Below are positions 62,591 to 64,000 of a DNA stretch of 64,000 nt, piece by piece; the stretch's first letter is position 1; each line of letters starts with the position of its first letter. A program made the position numbers and the translations under genes. The notes under the pieces were generated by a model. The model made no database searches and had not been told where the DNA came from. It saw only the letters and a program-made list of their open reading frames with translations. Source of the DNA: the human T2T-CHM13v2.0 reference genome, Homo sapiens; the NCBI RefSeq assembly GCF_009914755.1, contig NC_060943.1; one strand, written 5' to 3'.

Positions 62591-63403
62591 TGAGCTGAGA
62601 CTTGAAGGTAAGAGTTAGGTCTACCACAGTGTTTAGGGAAGTGTCTTGCGCAATGAGATCAGCCTGGCCAAAGATGCAAGGGGTTGAAAAACCAATGGGA
62701 AGTTCATCTGGCTGAGGTGAGTAGGTAACTAAAACAGGGATGCAACTGGATCTGATAAGGACCTCAGGAAGTGAACCCCAGTACTAGGTGACTGCAGATT
62801 CAGAGGTTGAAAAAGCTGAGTTGTCTTCCATAGAGAAGCTGGGTGAAAGGTGGTGTTGCTTCCGGGAGACGGGGAGCTTGGTTAGGTAAGTTTCTGCCTT
62901 GGGGTGTGAGAGCTGGTCAGTTGGGCACTGAGATATGAGAGGCCTAGATGGGATCTTCCGTGGGGCATTTGGAGGGCCAGGCTGGTGGACATTGCGATTC
63001 AGAGTCACCCACAAACAGAATGAGAAGAGGGGTGATGGGCAGGATCTGAGGACTGTGAAGAGGCCTCCCCAGAAGATATTAAGCAGGAGGCAAAAAACAA
63101 GAACAAAGAGGGAGGACTAAATCAAAAGCTGTGGGAGAAAGTATTTCAAAGGGGACTTTGCTCCGCTGTGACAGATGTACCTGACATCACCGCAGTTGAG
63201 TCCTGAGGGCTGCTTGATGGCTCAGTGACAGGGAAGAGTGCTTTGGGCAAAGAGAAGAGCCAGTGAAAACAACTAGAGACAAGAGTGTTCCTGGGGGTAC
63301 TCAAGAGTAGACACCAGTAAGCAAGAAGGAGAGTGGAAGGAGATGAGGACAGAGAAACAAGGAGCCAGAGCCTGTAGGGCCTCGTCGGCCATTAGCAGTT
63401 ACA

Positions 63404-63703
63404 TTTTGTTTTTTGTTTTTTTGAGACAGAGTCTCGCTCTGTCACCCAGGCTGGAGTGCAATGGCACGATCTCGGCTCACTGCAACCTCCGCCTCCCAGG
63501 TTCAAGCAATTCTCTGCCTCAGCCTCCCAAGTAGCTGGGATTACAGGTGCCCACCACCATGCCCAGCTAATTTTTTTGTATTTTTAGTAGAGACAGGGTT
63601 TCACCATCTTGGCCAGACTGGTCTTGAACTCCTGACCTTGTGATCCACCCGCTTCGGCTTCCCAAAGTCCTGGGATTACAGGCGTGAGCCACTGTGCCCA
63701 GCC
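63404..63703 (-). mobile_element. AluS
   Basis: Full dimer; TSD AGCAGTTAC / AGTAGTTAC. Confidence 0.93.
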
Positions 63704-64000
63704 AGTAGTTACTAAAGTGAGACGAGATGCAGGGCAGGATCCCACTGGCTGTTATATGAAGGAGTGTGTGTGGAGGAGGCAAGGCAGGGAGCATGGAGAC
63801 CTGTGAGGAGCCCCCTGCAGCCATCTAGGAGAGAGGCAGACCTGACTAGGGTGCTGCCATGGAGATGGTCAGAAGTGTTTGGCTGTTTTGAAGCTATAGT
63901 CAAACAATATGTGTGACTTTTCATTTGAGCACCTGGAGTTTGAAAGGGTCCGGACTTAGCATTGCAATTTGGCTCCACCCACTGGGAGAGTGACAACTGT

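Overview
Primate (human-like) genomic DNA. From the protein sequence and gene neighbourhood I recognise it as the CD33-related Siglec cluster around ZNF175 (19q13.4). The only clearly intact protein-coding gene is the KRAB-C2H2 gene ZNF175 (+ strand; non-coding exon 1 plus 4 coding exons joining to 2136 nt = 711 aa; 13 intact fingers). Upstream are three head-to-tail, minus-strand Siglec pseudogene units (A ~9.6-12.7 kb, B ~15.5-17.7 kb, C ~26.6-31.6 kb). A and C have charged transmembrane segments (Lys and Arg) and ITIM-less tails, i.e. activating type. Unit C keeps its leader and four 3' exons open and in phase, and these could splice into a 170-aa mini-receptor. Other notable items: a decayed inverted copy of the ZNF175 promoter split by L1 insertions; two LTR3 (HML-6) solo LTRs carrying two versus one tRNA-Lys PBS-like units; a retroposed 3'UTR inside an old L1; a candidate KRAB-only terminal exon; and a bidirectional CpG-island promoter near 61 kb. 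The rest is Alu, L1, L2, LTR and DNA-transposon sequence. Coordinates were counted by hand and repeat subfamily names are from memory, not RepeatMasker.
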